Shown one piece after another: positions 33,501 through 43,244 of a stretch of 64,000 nucleotides of DNA; position 1 is the stretch's first letter; each line of letters begins with the position of its first letter. Made by a program: the position numbers and the translations under genes. This DNA is from Tubiluchus corallicola (taxonomy: Eukaryota; Animalia; Priapulida): NCBI GenBank assembly GCA_030141605.1, contig JAQGDQ010000093.1, positions 372,001 to 436,000 of the forward strand, given 5' to 3'. The notes below the pieces were generated by a model. It was not told the origin of the DNA and did not search any database. It was given only the letters and a program-made list of their open reading frames with translations.

Positions 33501-35465
33501 ACCATAATTAAATATTTTTTGCAGGTGTATTGTGGCCGTTACGTCAACGAGCACATGGTTCAACATGGTTTAGAAACGTCGCATCCATTAACGCTTAGCT
33601 TTTCAGACCTGTCTGTTTGGTGCTATGGCTGTGATGCATACATTCATAATTCTGTAAGTACTTTAGTGCCAGTGACTTAGTTAATAGGGGAAGAGGGGGG
33701 AGGAAGGGGAGCAGCTGCTCCCCTCACGAGCACATTTTTTAAGATTGGAGCTTTTCAACAAATTTTTAACTGTTTAGTTCGCTTGTGTGATAAAAGTCGA
33801 ATGTTTTGCTTTGTTTAAATTATGTTTACATTAATTTAAAATATTATAAATATGTGAGTTCGACAGATAAACATATTACGTATAGATCTAAATTATGTAC
33901 TGATTTGTGTGAGCTGCTGTGCCTGAACATAACTGGGAAAGTGCCCCTAAAAGTACGCCAGTAAACCGACTGAAGATTGCCGCTATTGCGAGAAGAAAAG
34001 AAAGAACAAGAGGATTATTCAAACAATGTTATAAATAAATCTTTTTTTGCATAATTCTAGTGCTCAAATGAACAAGCAAAGTGAAGCGATTTAATAAAAG
34101 AGTGCGATATGCAGCTATGCGTTCTGGATTCGATATGATAATCGATATTTGTCGTTTTCGTTAACATCGCTAGCGCCATCAGTAGTCGGTGTATGGGCAC
34201 AGTTTAAAAAATAGTATTACATACAATTGGGACACTCCCGGATCTTTGAGCATTTGTTATGTGCATACGTCACCCGCACCATGTTGCCAGATGGTGAATA
34301 TTCAGCACGTGTTGGAATTATATTTCAGTTGCTTGTACACTTCCGCCAAAAAACCACAATTGCTTCAGTATAGTAGATCTATTGTACACACCATACAAAG
34401 TATTGAGATCTGTATGCTGCACACTATATGTGAGTTGGGCCTTACAGTAAGAGAATTGCTGCACTCTTTGGCTATGAGTGCTCATGAGAAAGGACAGGGT
34501 GAATCCATTCATTGAAAGGCTCCAGGCTTAGAAGAAAGTGAGCCAATGTATAATTTTTGATCTGCATTTTCTATTTTATGTTTGTATAATACTTTCCCTG
34601 GTGTATGTCTATTTTTACTTTCATTTTATTTTAATAAATTTCATAAATTCATTTTTTTTTCATTTTCACCTTTTAGTTAGGAGATGTCAACCAACTGTGC
34701 CATATAAATAGTTAGATGCATATGTATACATGTACTTATAAATAAATCATTATTTATTCATACTAATGTGATTCGTGTAGTTATTTACTAATATCAGTTA
34801 TTTTAATTTTTCATTGTGGTCATCTTTGTTGTTGTCAAAGTGTTGTTGGTCATCTATGACTCTATATTATGTGCATAAACAGCTAATTCGACTGTCGTAT
34901 TAGTGCACACAAAACCACACTTGCACAACTGGAGTGTATTAATAGTATGTAATACTGTTGTTTAAACTGTGGTATGGGTAAAGCATTTAGAGACGGCTGT
35001 TTATGAGTGTTCACACAACGAAGCCAAAACACATCTAACAATAATCGCCAAACTTGCACAGGAGTAAGTCAAGGCAACATCTTGAGTCTCGTTGCTTTTT
35101 TGTTTCAAAAGGTTAAAGGTCGCAAAAGGACACTCATTGCTTTTTTGTTTCAAAAGGTCAAAGCTCGCAAGGAGATACTCGTTGCTTTTTTGTTTCAAAA
35201 GGTCAAAGGTCGCAAAAGGACACTCATTGCTTTTTTGTTTCAAAAGGTTAAAGGTCGCAAAGGGATACTCGTCGCTTTTTGTTTCAAGGGGTCATAAGAT
35301 TTTGTTTTTTGAATAACAGTATCTTATAGGATTTACTTTAAAGCATTATTATTTACCTGTATTTTGCTTATTTAACAGGTATTATTGCCAGCAAAGAGGG
35401 CAGCACATATCAGTAAATTTGGTGAAGATTTACCATACAGTTCTTCTCCTTTACAGGAACAATAA
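535..35465 (+). CDS. HDAC6: Histone deacetylase 6 (3' part: catalytic domain 2, linker, ZnF-UBP); the 5' exons lie upstream of the window
   Basis: join(535-575,2562-2658,6299-6370,8504-8634,9557-9625,11374-11500,12770-12835,24808-24867,25526-25615,27235-27338,28272-28339,30100-30246,31086-31483,33159-33305,33525-33653,35379-35465) = 1833 nt. All introns are GT-AG with compatible phases. Motifs: [52 protein letters not shown]. ZnF-UBP: WCPHL...[21 protein letters not shown]...[18 protein letters not shown]...KFGED. Confidence 0.96.
952..1533. mobile_element. Kolobok-like MITE (TTAA TSD)
   Basis: ttaa|AGGAAAAC ... GTTTTCCT|ttaa; internal sequence recurs at about 12310-12699 (inverted), 25000-25466, 52150-52234 and 56940-57190. 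Confidence 0.7.
2562..2658 (+). CDS. HDAC6: HDAC6 exon (PSYADFLEQ...NYDSVYLSL)
   Basis: ccag|ccc ... ctg|gtaag; YDSVY motif. Confidence 0.85.
3823..4080. repeat. Degenerate 18-bp minisatellite (aatgccagtgttgtgcat)
   Basis: Visible tandem units; explains the HNASVV-repeat ORFs. Confidence 0.8.
4889..5397. mobile_element. hAT-like MITE with ATCCG subterminal repeats
   Basis: Inverted ends ttgctccggata / tatccggagcaa, TAG...CTA termini. Confidence 0.55.
5473..6187. mobile_element. Tc1/mariner-pogo-type MITE
   Basis: TIR cagtaagtcctcgcttaacga / tcgttaaacaaggacttactg, followed by TA. Confidence 0.75.
6299..6370 (+). CDS. HDAC6: HDAC6 exon ([24 protein letters not shown])
   Basis: tag|gac ... 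aag|gtaag; LAAG...VDAV motif. Confidence 0.92.
6430..6862. mobile_element. TA-flanked MITE (family also at 28582-28982 and 51478-51808)
   Basis: Ends gtccggcaaaccgagatatgag; shared internal block gtattagactcac.gtaatgtagaatcaat...aaacatctagtact. Confidence 0.7.
8016..8412. mobile_element. hAT-like MITE (CAGGGG termini family)
   Basis: cgggggcatattaaccaatagg ... gtcttgatatgcccctg; degenerate 8-bp TSD ttcactgt/ttcacagg. Confidence 0.7.
8504..8634 (+). CDS. HDAC6: HDAC6 exon ([14 protein letters not shown]...GFCFINN)
   Basis: Catalytic His-His dyad; cag|gcg ... ag|gtgc. Confidence 0.96.
9557..9625 (+). CDS. HDAC6: HDAC6 exon ([23 protein letters not shown])
   Basis: Zn-binding D-x-H motif; tag|g ... 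tc|gtatg. Confidence 0.96.
10726..11121. mobile_element. hAT-like MITE (TAGGG termini, TTCGA-rich)
   Basis: taggggtgagcat ... atgctcatcccta; degenerate TSD atgactaa/gtgactac; relatives at 42872-43244 (inverted) and about 47003-47308. Confidence 0.72.
11374..11500 (+). CDS. HDAC6: HDAC6 exon ([16 protein letters not shown]...YNVNIPWNS)
   Basis: Conserved class II HDAC motifs; tag|a ... tct|gtaag. Confidence 0.96.
11788..12173. repeat. 63-bp tandem repeat, about 6 copies
   Basis: Unit cttgaggggccctaggctgcagcctatactaacctataggataatccagctctgcttgcaaag; one copy has a 1-nt deletion. Confidence 0.95.
12310..12699 (-). mobile_element. Inverted partial copy of the 952-1533 MITE family
   Basis: Reverse complement of the cagttcagatgtgttagtttgtgatgaactac and aacttgcctagttttagtacaacacactgaa blocks. 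Confidence 0.65.
12770..12835 (+). CDS. HDAC6: HDAC6 exon ([22 protein letters not shown])
   Basis: GDAEY...VLPIAY motif; cag|cgt ... cag|gtaag. Confidence 0.94.
13116..13460. repeat. (ATTACT)n-type degenerate microsatellite
   Basis: Hexamer repeat interrupted by ctgcactctt motifs. Confidence 0.95.
14242..14632. repeat. 54-bp tandem repeat, about 7 copies
   Basis: Unit ccagttgatgaatgacatcactggtggaaaaattgtgttcaagatgggagttct. Confidence 0.95.
14652..15053. mobile_element. Pogo/Tigger-like MITE nested in a hAT MITE
   Basis: ta|cagtgttccctcacttatcgcgg ... ccgcgaagtagcgagggaaaactg|ta; related partial copy at about 7475-7873. Confidence 0.8.
15083..15733. mobile_element. Tc1/mariner-pogo MITE nested in a hAT MITE
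   Basis: ta|ccgtattttcccatgtataagagaccc ... gggtctcttatacgcgggaaaatacgg|ta. Confidence 0.85.
17650..18066. mobile_element. hAT-like MITE, uninterrupted copy
   Basis: caggggcatattaa ... ttgatacgcccctg; degenerate 8-bp TSD tttactat/gttactag; further copies at about 26325-26662 (inverted), 13870-13985 and 14636-15914. Confidence 0.75.
18461..18792 (-). repeat. Tandem degenerate copies of the last zinc finger and stop codon of the nested gene
   Basis: caagtcacactt recurs at about 18465, 18576, 18665 and 18775; tcttctgtcatcatgtctag occurs 3 times. Confidence 0.9.
18690..22171 (-). CDS. Nested C2H2 zinc-finger protein (757 aa, about 14 C2H2 fingers, a C4 motif and a NudE/NDE1-like N-terminal exon)
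   Basis: complement(join(18690-19241,20145-21777,22083-22171)); GT-AG junctions in phase (2, 0). The finger [15 protein letters not shown]|VHMRIH is split by the intron and rejoins correctly. TGEKPY-type linkers. Confidence 0.9.
22083..22188 (-). CDS. First coding exon of the nested gene, NudE/NDE1 N-terminus-like ([30 protein letters not shown])
   Basis: ttag|gcaag acceptor, ATG at 22171, ag|gtaac phase-2 donor; F-x-S-x-EEE-x-x-YWK-x-x-AM-x-YK-x-R motif. Confidence 0.8.
23715..24310 (-). mobile_element. 3' end of a CR1/L2-like LINE
   Basis: [12 protein letters not shown]...DL..CY...RGH.FKL...KNF.SNRII..WN.LP C-terminal motif; (AATA)n-like tail near 23715-23731. Confidence 0.8.
24808..24867 (+). 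CDS. HDAC6: HDAC6 exon ([20 protein letters not shown])
   Basis: Zn-ligand SAGFD motif; tag|ttt ... ttg|gtaag. Confidence 0.96.
25000..25466 (+). mobile_element. Copy of the 952-1533 MITE family
   Basis: Near-identical blocks (tacctctcagttcagatgtgttag; agcactgtacttcaattttcgctttcgcaaac); ends cct|ttaa. Confidence 0.7.
25526..25615 (+). CDS. HDAC6: HDAC6 exon ([30 protein letters not shown])
   Basis: [10 protein letters not shown] motif; cag|gga ... gaa|gtaat. Confidence 0.95.
27235..27338 (+). CDS. HDAC6: HDAC6 exon (GGYNLTSIS...LLGDPCP)
   Basis: Catalytic Tyr (EGGY); cag|gga ... ag|gtaag. Confidence 0.95.
28272..28339 (+). CDS. HDAC6: HDAC6 exon ([23 protein letters not shown])
   Basis: End of the catalytic domain (SA..SI..V...Q...W.SL); tag|t ... 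g|gtgag. Confidence 0.92.
28582..28982. mobile_element. TA-flanked Tc1/mariner-type MITE
   Basis: ta|cactcatatctcgttttgccggac ... gtccggcaaaccgagatatgaatg|ta. Confidence 0.8.
30100..30246 (+). CDS. HDAC6: HDAC6 linker exon
   Basis: tag|ct ... a|gtaag; open reading frame, phase 1-1, bridges the flanking exons; no conserved motif. Confidence 0.7.
30906..31107 (+). repeat. 103-bp tandem duplication spanning an HDAC6 intron/exon boundary
   Basis: Two near-identical copies starting at 30906 and 31009. Confidence 0.95.
31086..31483 (+). CDS. HDAC6: HDAC6 low-complexity Gly/Ala/Glu linker exon
   Basis: Branch point ctgactaat, cag|tg ... gag|gtacc; open frame, GC-richer than the flanking introns. 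Confidence 0.8.
33159..33305 (+). CDS. HDAC6: HDAC6 ZnF-UBP exon 1
   Basis: PLPWCPHL...C..C...[10 protein letters not shown]. Confidence 0.96.
33525..33653 (+). CDS. HDAC6: HDAC6 ZnF-UBP exon 2
   Basis: [14 protein letters not shown]...[22 protein letters not shown]. Confidence 0.96.
35088..35295. repeat. 45-bp tandem repeat, about 4.5 copies
   Basis: Unit ctcgttgcttttttgtttcaaaaggttaaaggtcgcaaaaggaca. Confidence 0.92.
35379..35465 (+). CDS. HDAC6: HDAC6 terminal coding exon ([28 protein letters not shown])
   Basis: K..AH..KFGE motif, TAA stop at 35463-35465. Confidence 0.92.
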   Translation, partial: VLLPAKRAAHISKFGEDLPYSSSPLQEQ

Positions 35466-36946
35466 ATGTATATGATTACTGTGATTACAATAATACCTTA
35501 GCCAGCAAATAACTGTGATAAAGATGTTGTTCGCGACAGAGTTTTTAATTTAGATATCATTGCGGTTCCATGAGGTGGTTGCAGTCATTGTAATTGTAAC
35601 GGCGATGCTATGTACTTACTCATAATTGTAATAATATTTTAAATTTGGCTTATTTTGTATGCGATTCTGCTTGAGATTTGAACAGGGTTGTGTAAAATTT
35701 GCTTTGTTTTACTCGTAAATTATAATGACATGTATGATGCAGTTATTGGGAGTGAAGCAACTGGCACATTGTTTTGAGACCTCATTGTTTCCATTAGCAC
35801 CCTTGTTCAAAATGTAGAGCCAATATTGGTTGAGAATACTTTTAGAAACATTGTTAGGAGGTGGAGTTACTGAACAAGAGTGAGACCTAATTAGTAATTC
35901 AGGCTGTAGGTCTTTTACTTTGAATGTTTTAGTTTTTGTATTCATTATTTGCTATAATAATTATTAATAACAATTATGTTAGATTTTTCACAACACCAAC
36001 AGTCATAATTGTACCAGGCAGTTTGAGAGCAAACGAATTGGATATTTTCATGGAAAAAATGGTTATTTTCAGTGCACACAATTCTGTTTTAAAATTTTAA
36101 AATTTAAGATGGCAATTTTCAGAAATGGCTTGTGTATTGCACCACCTCTTTATTGTTTTAACTTTTAATAATTTTAACGTTAGTAATGGTAATTTGGTAT
36201 CAAATTTAGTTCACTAAACCGCATGAGTCTTTATGCATTTTTTAGTTACATGTTCATCAGTGTACTGAGAAAGTTATAGACATTATTGCAAAAATAAAAC
36301 ATAGACCAACACTGTTATTATTTTAAGCGTATCTGAAAATATTTTGTCAGTGAAAACACAAATCTTTGACTGGCATCTTGTTAGACTCGTGATTTTTTTA
36401 GCAAAGTTATTATAATTTAGACTTCTTGCATTTATATACTCCTAGGGTTGCCAGACGTCCTTTACATGAGGGCGTCATAAAGTCTTGATACGCTCCTTGG
36501 TATAAACATAAGTGTATAAGTATCAATATTTTTAGACACTTTGTTAGTCTGTAACTTATATATAGCTGTCCCGTTGTTTGCACTTATTTGGAAACCACTC
36601 AAATTAGGGGAAGTAAACCCCCTTGTATGCCTATGTCAACAATAACCAAAAAACGGGGTTTCTACACAATGGACAAAGTTCTCTGGTCTCTAAACATGGA
36701 ATACAAGAAGTTATTTAAAAAGTATCATAATGACAAAATTAGCATTACTTGTAAATGCTATTTTGTTGTGCATTGACTGCAAAGCATGTTCAACTACGAT
36801 GTTAAGTTACCAAGAATGTAATTAGAGTTTTCGACATCATATCTCTTGTACAAGCTTCGAGTTTTGCAAATGTTTGTTGAGAAATTAAGATAAATAAGAC
36901 CATTTTTGTCTCCTATAAAACTCGGTGTGATTTTTAATGCCTACTA

Positions 36947-37469
36947 TAGTAAACTCCTCATAATTCAAAACCGCATAACTCACATTATTGCCTAACTCAA
37001 AGAATTTCAGTGGAACAAATGAAACCCTTCAGTTTTCTCACAAAAAACATCGCTTGAACTCAAATTTTTGCCTAACTGAAAAAAATTTTGGTTCATTTAA
37101 TCAAAATACATGTAATTTACTTTGCCTAACTCAAAAATGCAATTTTTACTCTAGAAAAATAAAAAGTTTCATACAACTCAAAAAAACAATATTGTCTTCT
37201 GGGAAAATTCTTGATGTCTTACAAGTTGCTCCCCCAATTGTTTTCTCTGCACAGACTGAACTGCAGCTTGTAAGACATTGATAACCCCACTGTCATATTG
37301 TTTAACAGTGTTGTGTTACGTGTTCTTTTGTAACATAAAAAATCGTGTTTCACTACATAATTTGTTATTCTTACATCTGGAGGAGGGGTATAGAGTTTTT
37401 ATGCTGGAAAATGGTCAACATCGCCTAACTCGAAGTTTTTTTCGGTATAGTTGGATTTGAGGGATACTG
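36947..37469. mobile_element. Tc1/mariner-type MITE
   Basis: agtaaactcctcataattcaaa start; shares blocks with 39313-39992 and with the inverted 60845-61148. Confidence 0.7.
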
Positions 37470-38340
37470 TATTTCCTGGGAGTGTTGCAAGTTATAGATC
37501 ACAGGAAAAATTCTATCTGGCCTTTCTGAGTTTTGAATTATTTGTTCTAAGTGAAACAAATTCTCTCTAAAGCTTAAGTTCCTCCTCTGACTACACCAAC
37601 ATCGGCACAGAGGGCAGCACTAAAGCAATGCTGCATAACAACACAAAATGATTACAAAAGGAGATGTGGTTAAGAGTACGATGTTTTAATGTTAACGAAG
37701 AACAAATTGGTCAACAAAAAACATGGACACGAGTCATAGATACAAAAATTCACAATGTGAAAATCACCGACTGACTTTACGGTAACATCACAATTTGTCA
37801 CATCGTTTACAGAAATATCTTACCTATTACGACTACAGACAGTTTAAACTACAGTGAATTGGAGGCCTACGTCACTCACCTTTGCTTACTTGATAACATT
37901 ACCATAAAGAAGATACTTTTGTTAAGAGAGACATTAGTATAGTCAATCAGTCAGTAAGTATATCATTAAATTAACACACATGCTTTCAGGCTTAATGCTT
38001 CAAAACAAAACTTTGTCGTAACAACGATTTTCATAATACATAATGTTTAATGTTATTTACAATGACGAGCTTAATATTTATTAATAACATTATAAATATA
38101 AACAACATGTTAAGGAAATTCTTTAATGCAAATGCCATGCAAACTTATCTATATTCAAGAAGGAAAACACTTCGAGACAAGACCACAATAACGTGCACTG
38201 TTAGAAGACGCCAAATAAAATCATCATTTCTGAATAACAATTGATCTGCTTATGACTCTCTAAATGTACAATAAATATTCGGTAACTTATCAAATGAATT
38301 TAGTTTGTACAGTGGATGTACTAGAGTGCACAACTAGACA

Positions 38341-41300
38341 TCAAACTTCGCCGAAATTCGTATGACCTGAAGAGAGGGCGTGGCTCTCTGCTTCCTTCTG
38401 TCCGACGAGTCGCACGTCGCAGACGAGACATCTCAATGAGAACTTGTTTACATCAGTATACTGTCGACTCGACTTTGCCTCTGCGCCAAGCTCCAGTGCC
38501 TGTGCCCATATGTGCTCATCTGCCGTCGAGAATATCGTCTGTGACGTCCCGGTAGGGCTGCTTGGTTCCAGGACTAGCGGATCGTAGTGCAAACCGTCGT
38601 AAACTAGCATAATTCTATTTGGGAAGTTAGCGTCCTCCCCGTACCGGTCTATCCGTCCCGTCTGCGTATCCAGCACGGCGATTTCCGTCGCGTAATACTT
38701 TGCTAAAATCGACAACTCGATCGCCCCGCCCCAGTTCTCGTCTTTGAGGATCCATTTGGCATACTCTTCATTCGGTTTCTCCAAGAAAGCGGCACAGTAA
38801 GTGTCTTTATCGCTTCGCACGCATTTTGCGATTAATTTCCTCATATTCTGGCTGCATGATAAGTCCATGTTACCCGTAAGAGCGTAATTCACGCTCGTGA
38901 ACAGACACGAATTATCCGAGGGCACCACCCTTCGCATCAGAATTCCGCTCTTCGTATGCTGCAACTGCTCGCTGACTACGGCGTCAGCGACGACGGACGG
39001 ATGAGGAGCGACAGCCTCAGACGTGGACCCGGAGGGTGCGCCAGCGGTGTCCTCCTCTATGATTAGCGTGTCACCGGACTGTAGACCAATCGTCGTCATG
39101 GTAGCGAGCGGGTCACTGAGGTCTAGTCGCCTCGGCGGAAATCCATGCAGAATCTTGATTGCTGAAAGCTGAATCCTTGTTAACTGTAAGGGAACAAAAC
39201 ATAACATGTAATTACACAGTAAAAAGCTGTCATCTGCATACAACGTTTGAATGTAAAAAACGGTTGGAAAGAGTATATCGTCCAAACACAGATTGTGCTC
39301 ATCATGCAGGTACAGTAAACTCCGCATAACTCAAAGCATTTCAGCGGAACGAATGAAATTCTCCGTTTTTCCTACAAAAAACATTGCATAACTCAAAGAA
39401 TTTCAGCGGAATAGATGAAATCCTTTGTTTTTTCCACAAAAGGCATCGCATAATTCAAAGCATTTCAGCGGAATGGATGAAATCCTTCGTTTTTCACACA
39501 AAAAACATCGCATAACTCAAAGAACTTCAGTGGAATCGATGAAATCCTTCGTTTTTCCCACAAAAAACCGGTTAACTGAAATAAAAAATTATGGTCTTTT
39601 TAATCAAAATACGTGTAATTTACTTCGCCTAACTCAAAACTGCAATTTTTACTCATGAAAAATAAGATTTGTACAACTCAAAAAACAGTGACGTCTTCCG
39701 GGAAAATTCTGATGTCTTACAAGTCGCTACTTTTGAATACTTGATGGAGAATGTGTTAATAATTGAACTACACATGTATCGTCTTTCACTACACATGTCA
39801 CACTATCGTCTTTCACTACATAATTTGTTCCTTATGCAATCAAATCTCCTTGTTTATGTATAGAAGGGTTGACTTTCTGCCTTCTGCCGCCTTGAGGAGG
39901 GGTTGAGAGTTTCCATGCTGGAAAATGGTCAACATCGCCTAAATCAAAGCTTTTTTCTGTCCAGTTGGATTTGAGTTATGGGGAGTTTACTGTATAACTA
40001 GGTGGTTCTGCGAAGCTTGATGAGTTTTTATGAAGAAATTTAGACAAAATCACGGGCAATGAATCATTGGGGGACAAAGGTAAACCTGATGTAAAGCGTG
40101 AAAAGTGATAACTAGGAATTTCAGTTAAATAAAATGAGTTAAACTAAATTAATTACATTAAAATCAATTACTAAAATCTTTTTGAGCTGTAGACTTAGAG
40201 TTAGGCCTTTGTGGAGCTAAAAAAACTTTATACAGCTGAATTTTTACTATATTTAAAGTATAAGCGGCAATGCTACTTGACCGTTAATACACCGATTTGG
40301 CGAAAAATTTGATACTTTTTAGCCTTCAATACAAAGAGCATCATACAGAATGGCAACCCCGGGTGAGAGTTAGCTGTCTCCTGCGTTCCCCAACAATACT
40401 ATAACAATTATTGCGTTTTATGCTTCGAATTACGAAAATACGCTTTTATATGATTGCACCAAGTAAGTATATAATTAGAAAAAAATTATAGAATTCTCAG
40501 TTGGGTGCGCGATAAAAATATTACCACATAAGTGTTTTTATTGTCTGCCTTGGTACTCAAGGCGATGTTGAAAGTTGTTATAACGGTAATACATAATGGT
40601 CAATAATACAACGGTTGACATAATTTTTTAAAATTCTGTCTTAACGGTAACTTTATAGCCTACAGTTTATCTGTGTAAACAGACTGAATAAATGCCTATT
40701 ATGACAACTACAGGGCCTGCACAGATTATATAACCCTTAGCCAAAAACTAAAGTGTAGTTACAATGGGTAAGAAAAATATCGGTGATTAAACTCCTGGGC
40801 AGTGGCGGCTCATCTATAGTTACTGAGGTACTGCAGCACCCACTGTTTTCTCTCAATATTATCGATAACATTCAATATATTAAGTCTTTTTTCTATATAC
40901 TTGAGCAGAACTGAAACACAGTATTAGGGGTAGTACTGAGGGTAGTACTCTTTGCTTCACAGCTCAAGCAACGTGGTGTTTGGATTTTGTGAGCATGCAG
41001 CCACATAACTGAGATAACACGCTGTACGCTGCGATGCTAGTGTCTGCTGCAAGGTAGAGAAAGTACTGTCTCTAACAGAGCAACAATTGCCACATGTTTG
41101 CCGGGTAACGTCATATTCTAGGTAGTGATAAAACTTAAACTTAGCCTGTGTGCTTAAAACATTTAATAATGGACGCCTTGCATCCCCAAGAAAAAATTCA
41201 GTGAGTATAAGTGAAGTATGACAAGCTTAATTTTTCACACTCCAAGAGAAAGCTGCAGTTAAGAAAAGTGGCTGTTCAGCACTTGATCTTCAAATATCTC

Positions 41301-42798
41301 AACCAGGAACAAGCAACAACAAGAAATATATTCGTAGCTTTAATTCCAAATGGTACCGACGGAAAAATTGGCTAAGCGGCTAAGAAGTAAAAAATGCTTT
41401 GTTTGGTACCCGTGTTTAGGATTTTCTCAAGTTTATGTATAATATTTTCGTATGCTCGTTTGTTCAAAATTACAACATTAAAATTACAAATGTTTATTTC
41501 GTTTTACACTACTAAAACAATGGCAAAAAATTTTTGTAACAGCACCCCACTAATTTTAGTTACAACCTGCCACTGGTCCTGAGGAATGATTATACTAACC
41601 TGCTTTCATTATATTGTGACTAATATAACAGAAAATTGGCTAAAAATTTACCTGTGACTAAAATTTCGGCTAAAAAAATTGGAGGGGAAGTTGGCCGTAA
41701 ACCATGAAGCACACTCCTGAGCGGGGGTGATTATATCTTGGTTCTCAAGATGATCACCAACTCTCTACCAGTTAGAGTTAACACCACGAGAGGACAACCC
41801 AATGCAATCAGGAGATGTCGCAGGTGCGGGAGACATGCAGAGAGTCAGGTTCACGTACTTCAACAGTGCATAACAGTAAACAATGCCATATCACGAAGGC
41901 ACAATGCACTGTGCGAGGTGCTCGCCGAAGCCTTGAAGGGGCAGGGCTTTACGGTCGTCAGGGAACCTTGGTTCGAGATCAACAGAACAAGGTACCACCC
42001 AGACAACCTGGCGACCAAAGGTGGTCATACGTACGTTATCGATCCGACCATCTCGGCAGCAGGAAACATCTAATCGCTTAGGGCCAGGTGCAGGGACAAG
42101 GCCCTGAAGTACGAACCGATCCTCGATGCCGTCAAACAGCGGTGCGGCTCTGCCACTGCCTCGTCGCACGGCATCTGTGTGGGCTTTCGTGGGGAATGGG
42201 CAGGAGGAGAGAACGACGTTCTTCTGAAGACACTCGGTCTTCTGAACGTCAGAGCCAAACTAGTCCGCTCGGCGATTAGAGGCTCATGTATGGTGTTTAG
42301 AAAGTTCCTGGGAAGGCAAAGGAGGGAGACCTAGGTCATCTCCTGCGCAGGATGTCACTCGAGTTCTTACATCCAAATGTGTGAAAGGTTTATACCTAGG
42401 GGAAATCCAACTACTCTATGAGTAGCCGGTGGATACCGTACCTTTACGGTATCGAAAAGGCGAGTTTTGTTGGGTCTGGAGAAATCCAGTTCCCACGGAA
42501 TTGACGGATTCCGTATCTTTACGGAAGAATTTGGAATTTGGCAAGTTTGACTCGAGTCAAAAATCACACAGGTGAACAGATCCGACACCTGTGAAATCTG
42601 ACAAAATAAAATAAAAATAAAACCTAAAACATGAGACACGAGAATGCATACTGAGACCATCTTTAGTAAAAATATCTTAAACATTACCTCCGCTAATTTT
42701 TGTTTGAATTGGGCTACTGTTGTTGCCGCGGTGATCCCGCTGAGCACGTGTTGACCGTGTTTGCTTTTGCATCGCAGGTGTAGAGCCTTACCTGCCAT
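38341..42798 (-). CDS. YOD1: Ubiquitin thioesterase OTU1 (YOD1), 317 aa
   Basis: complement(join(38341-39183,42688-42798)). N-terminal UBX-like domain (LRCKSKHGQH...GFPPR...LQSGDTLIIEE), OTU catalytic motifs VPSDNSCLF, WGGAIEL and YDGLHYD, C-terminal C2H2 LRCLVC...HALSSGHTNFGEV. Confidence 0.96.
39313..39992. mobile_element. Tc1/mariner-type MITE with about four internal ~61-bp repeats
   Basis: ta|cagtaaactccgcataactcaaa ... tttgagttatggggagtttactg|ta. Confidence 0.8.
40800..41575. mobile_element. hAT-like MITE (CAGTGGCGG termini)
   Basis: cagtggcggctc ... cctgccactg; degenerate TSD ctcctggg/gtcctgag; relatives at about 31630-32130 and 61557-62077 (inverted). Confidence 0.7.
41667..42622 (+). 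mobile_element. 5'-truncated R2-superfamily (RLE-type) non-LTR retrotransposon in the YOD1 intron
   Basis: CCHC knuckle CRRC...ESQVHVLQQC, RHN, and REP...PD...D...K..KY restriction-like endonuclease motifs. One nonsense codon (42071-42073); the frame continues to TAG at 42334, then a 3' UTR and an A-rich tail at 42603-42622. Confidence 0.88.
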
Positions 42799-42871
42799 CT
42801 TTTTGTTTACCTGTTTATAGAAAAATATTCATCTGTACACGTCAACCAAATATAGATCCCGTTAATTGCAT

Positions 42872-43244
42872 TAGGGGGGGGAGCATTCTCTACGAGAAAG
42901 CAAATTCGAATCGAATTGGGACTTTCAAATTCGAATCGAACCAAATTTCAGTATTTCGAATTGAAATAGAGAGTGAAAGATCTTCGAACTACCAGTAAAA
43001 ATTAGTCTTGCAAAGATCATGCATACTACTCGATTTTGTTCTGCAGTAAAACCACTAATAGAATGTTTAAAATTTTGCACAGAAATCATAAATAAATTAT
43101 GCTAATTGCATGATGTTTCAAGGGTTTTAATAATAAAGAACATATGTGGGGCAGAGATATTCGAATCCATAGTTTTAGATTCAAATCGAATGTGAACTAA
43201 AAAAACTCATTCGAATCGAATTCAAATGTTCGATGATCACCCCT
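42872..43244 (-). mobile_element. Inverted copy of the 10726-11121 MITE
   Basis: Reverse-complement matches including ttttgttctgcag.aaaaccacta and aatttcagtatttcgaa. Confidence 0.7.

Noticed and set aside
535-35465. Calling the deacetylase HDAC10
   Set aside because: It ends in a ZnF-UBP domain directly after a catalytically intact domain, which is diagnostic of HDAC6.
39184-39327. N-terminal 48 aa of ORF 38341-39327 and the C-terminal part of ORF 42367-42798
   Set aside because: Both are intronic read-through; the true YOD1 junction is 42688->39183.
42400-42480. Hammerhead ribozyme in the retroelement 3' UTR
   Set aside because: The CUGANGA core is absent (CUAUGAG), so it is reported only as a structured UTR.
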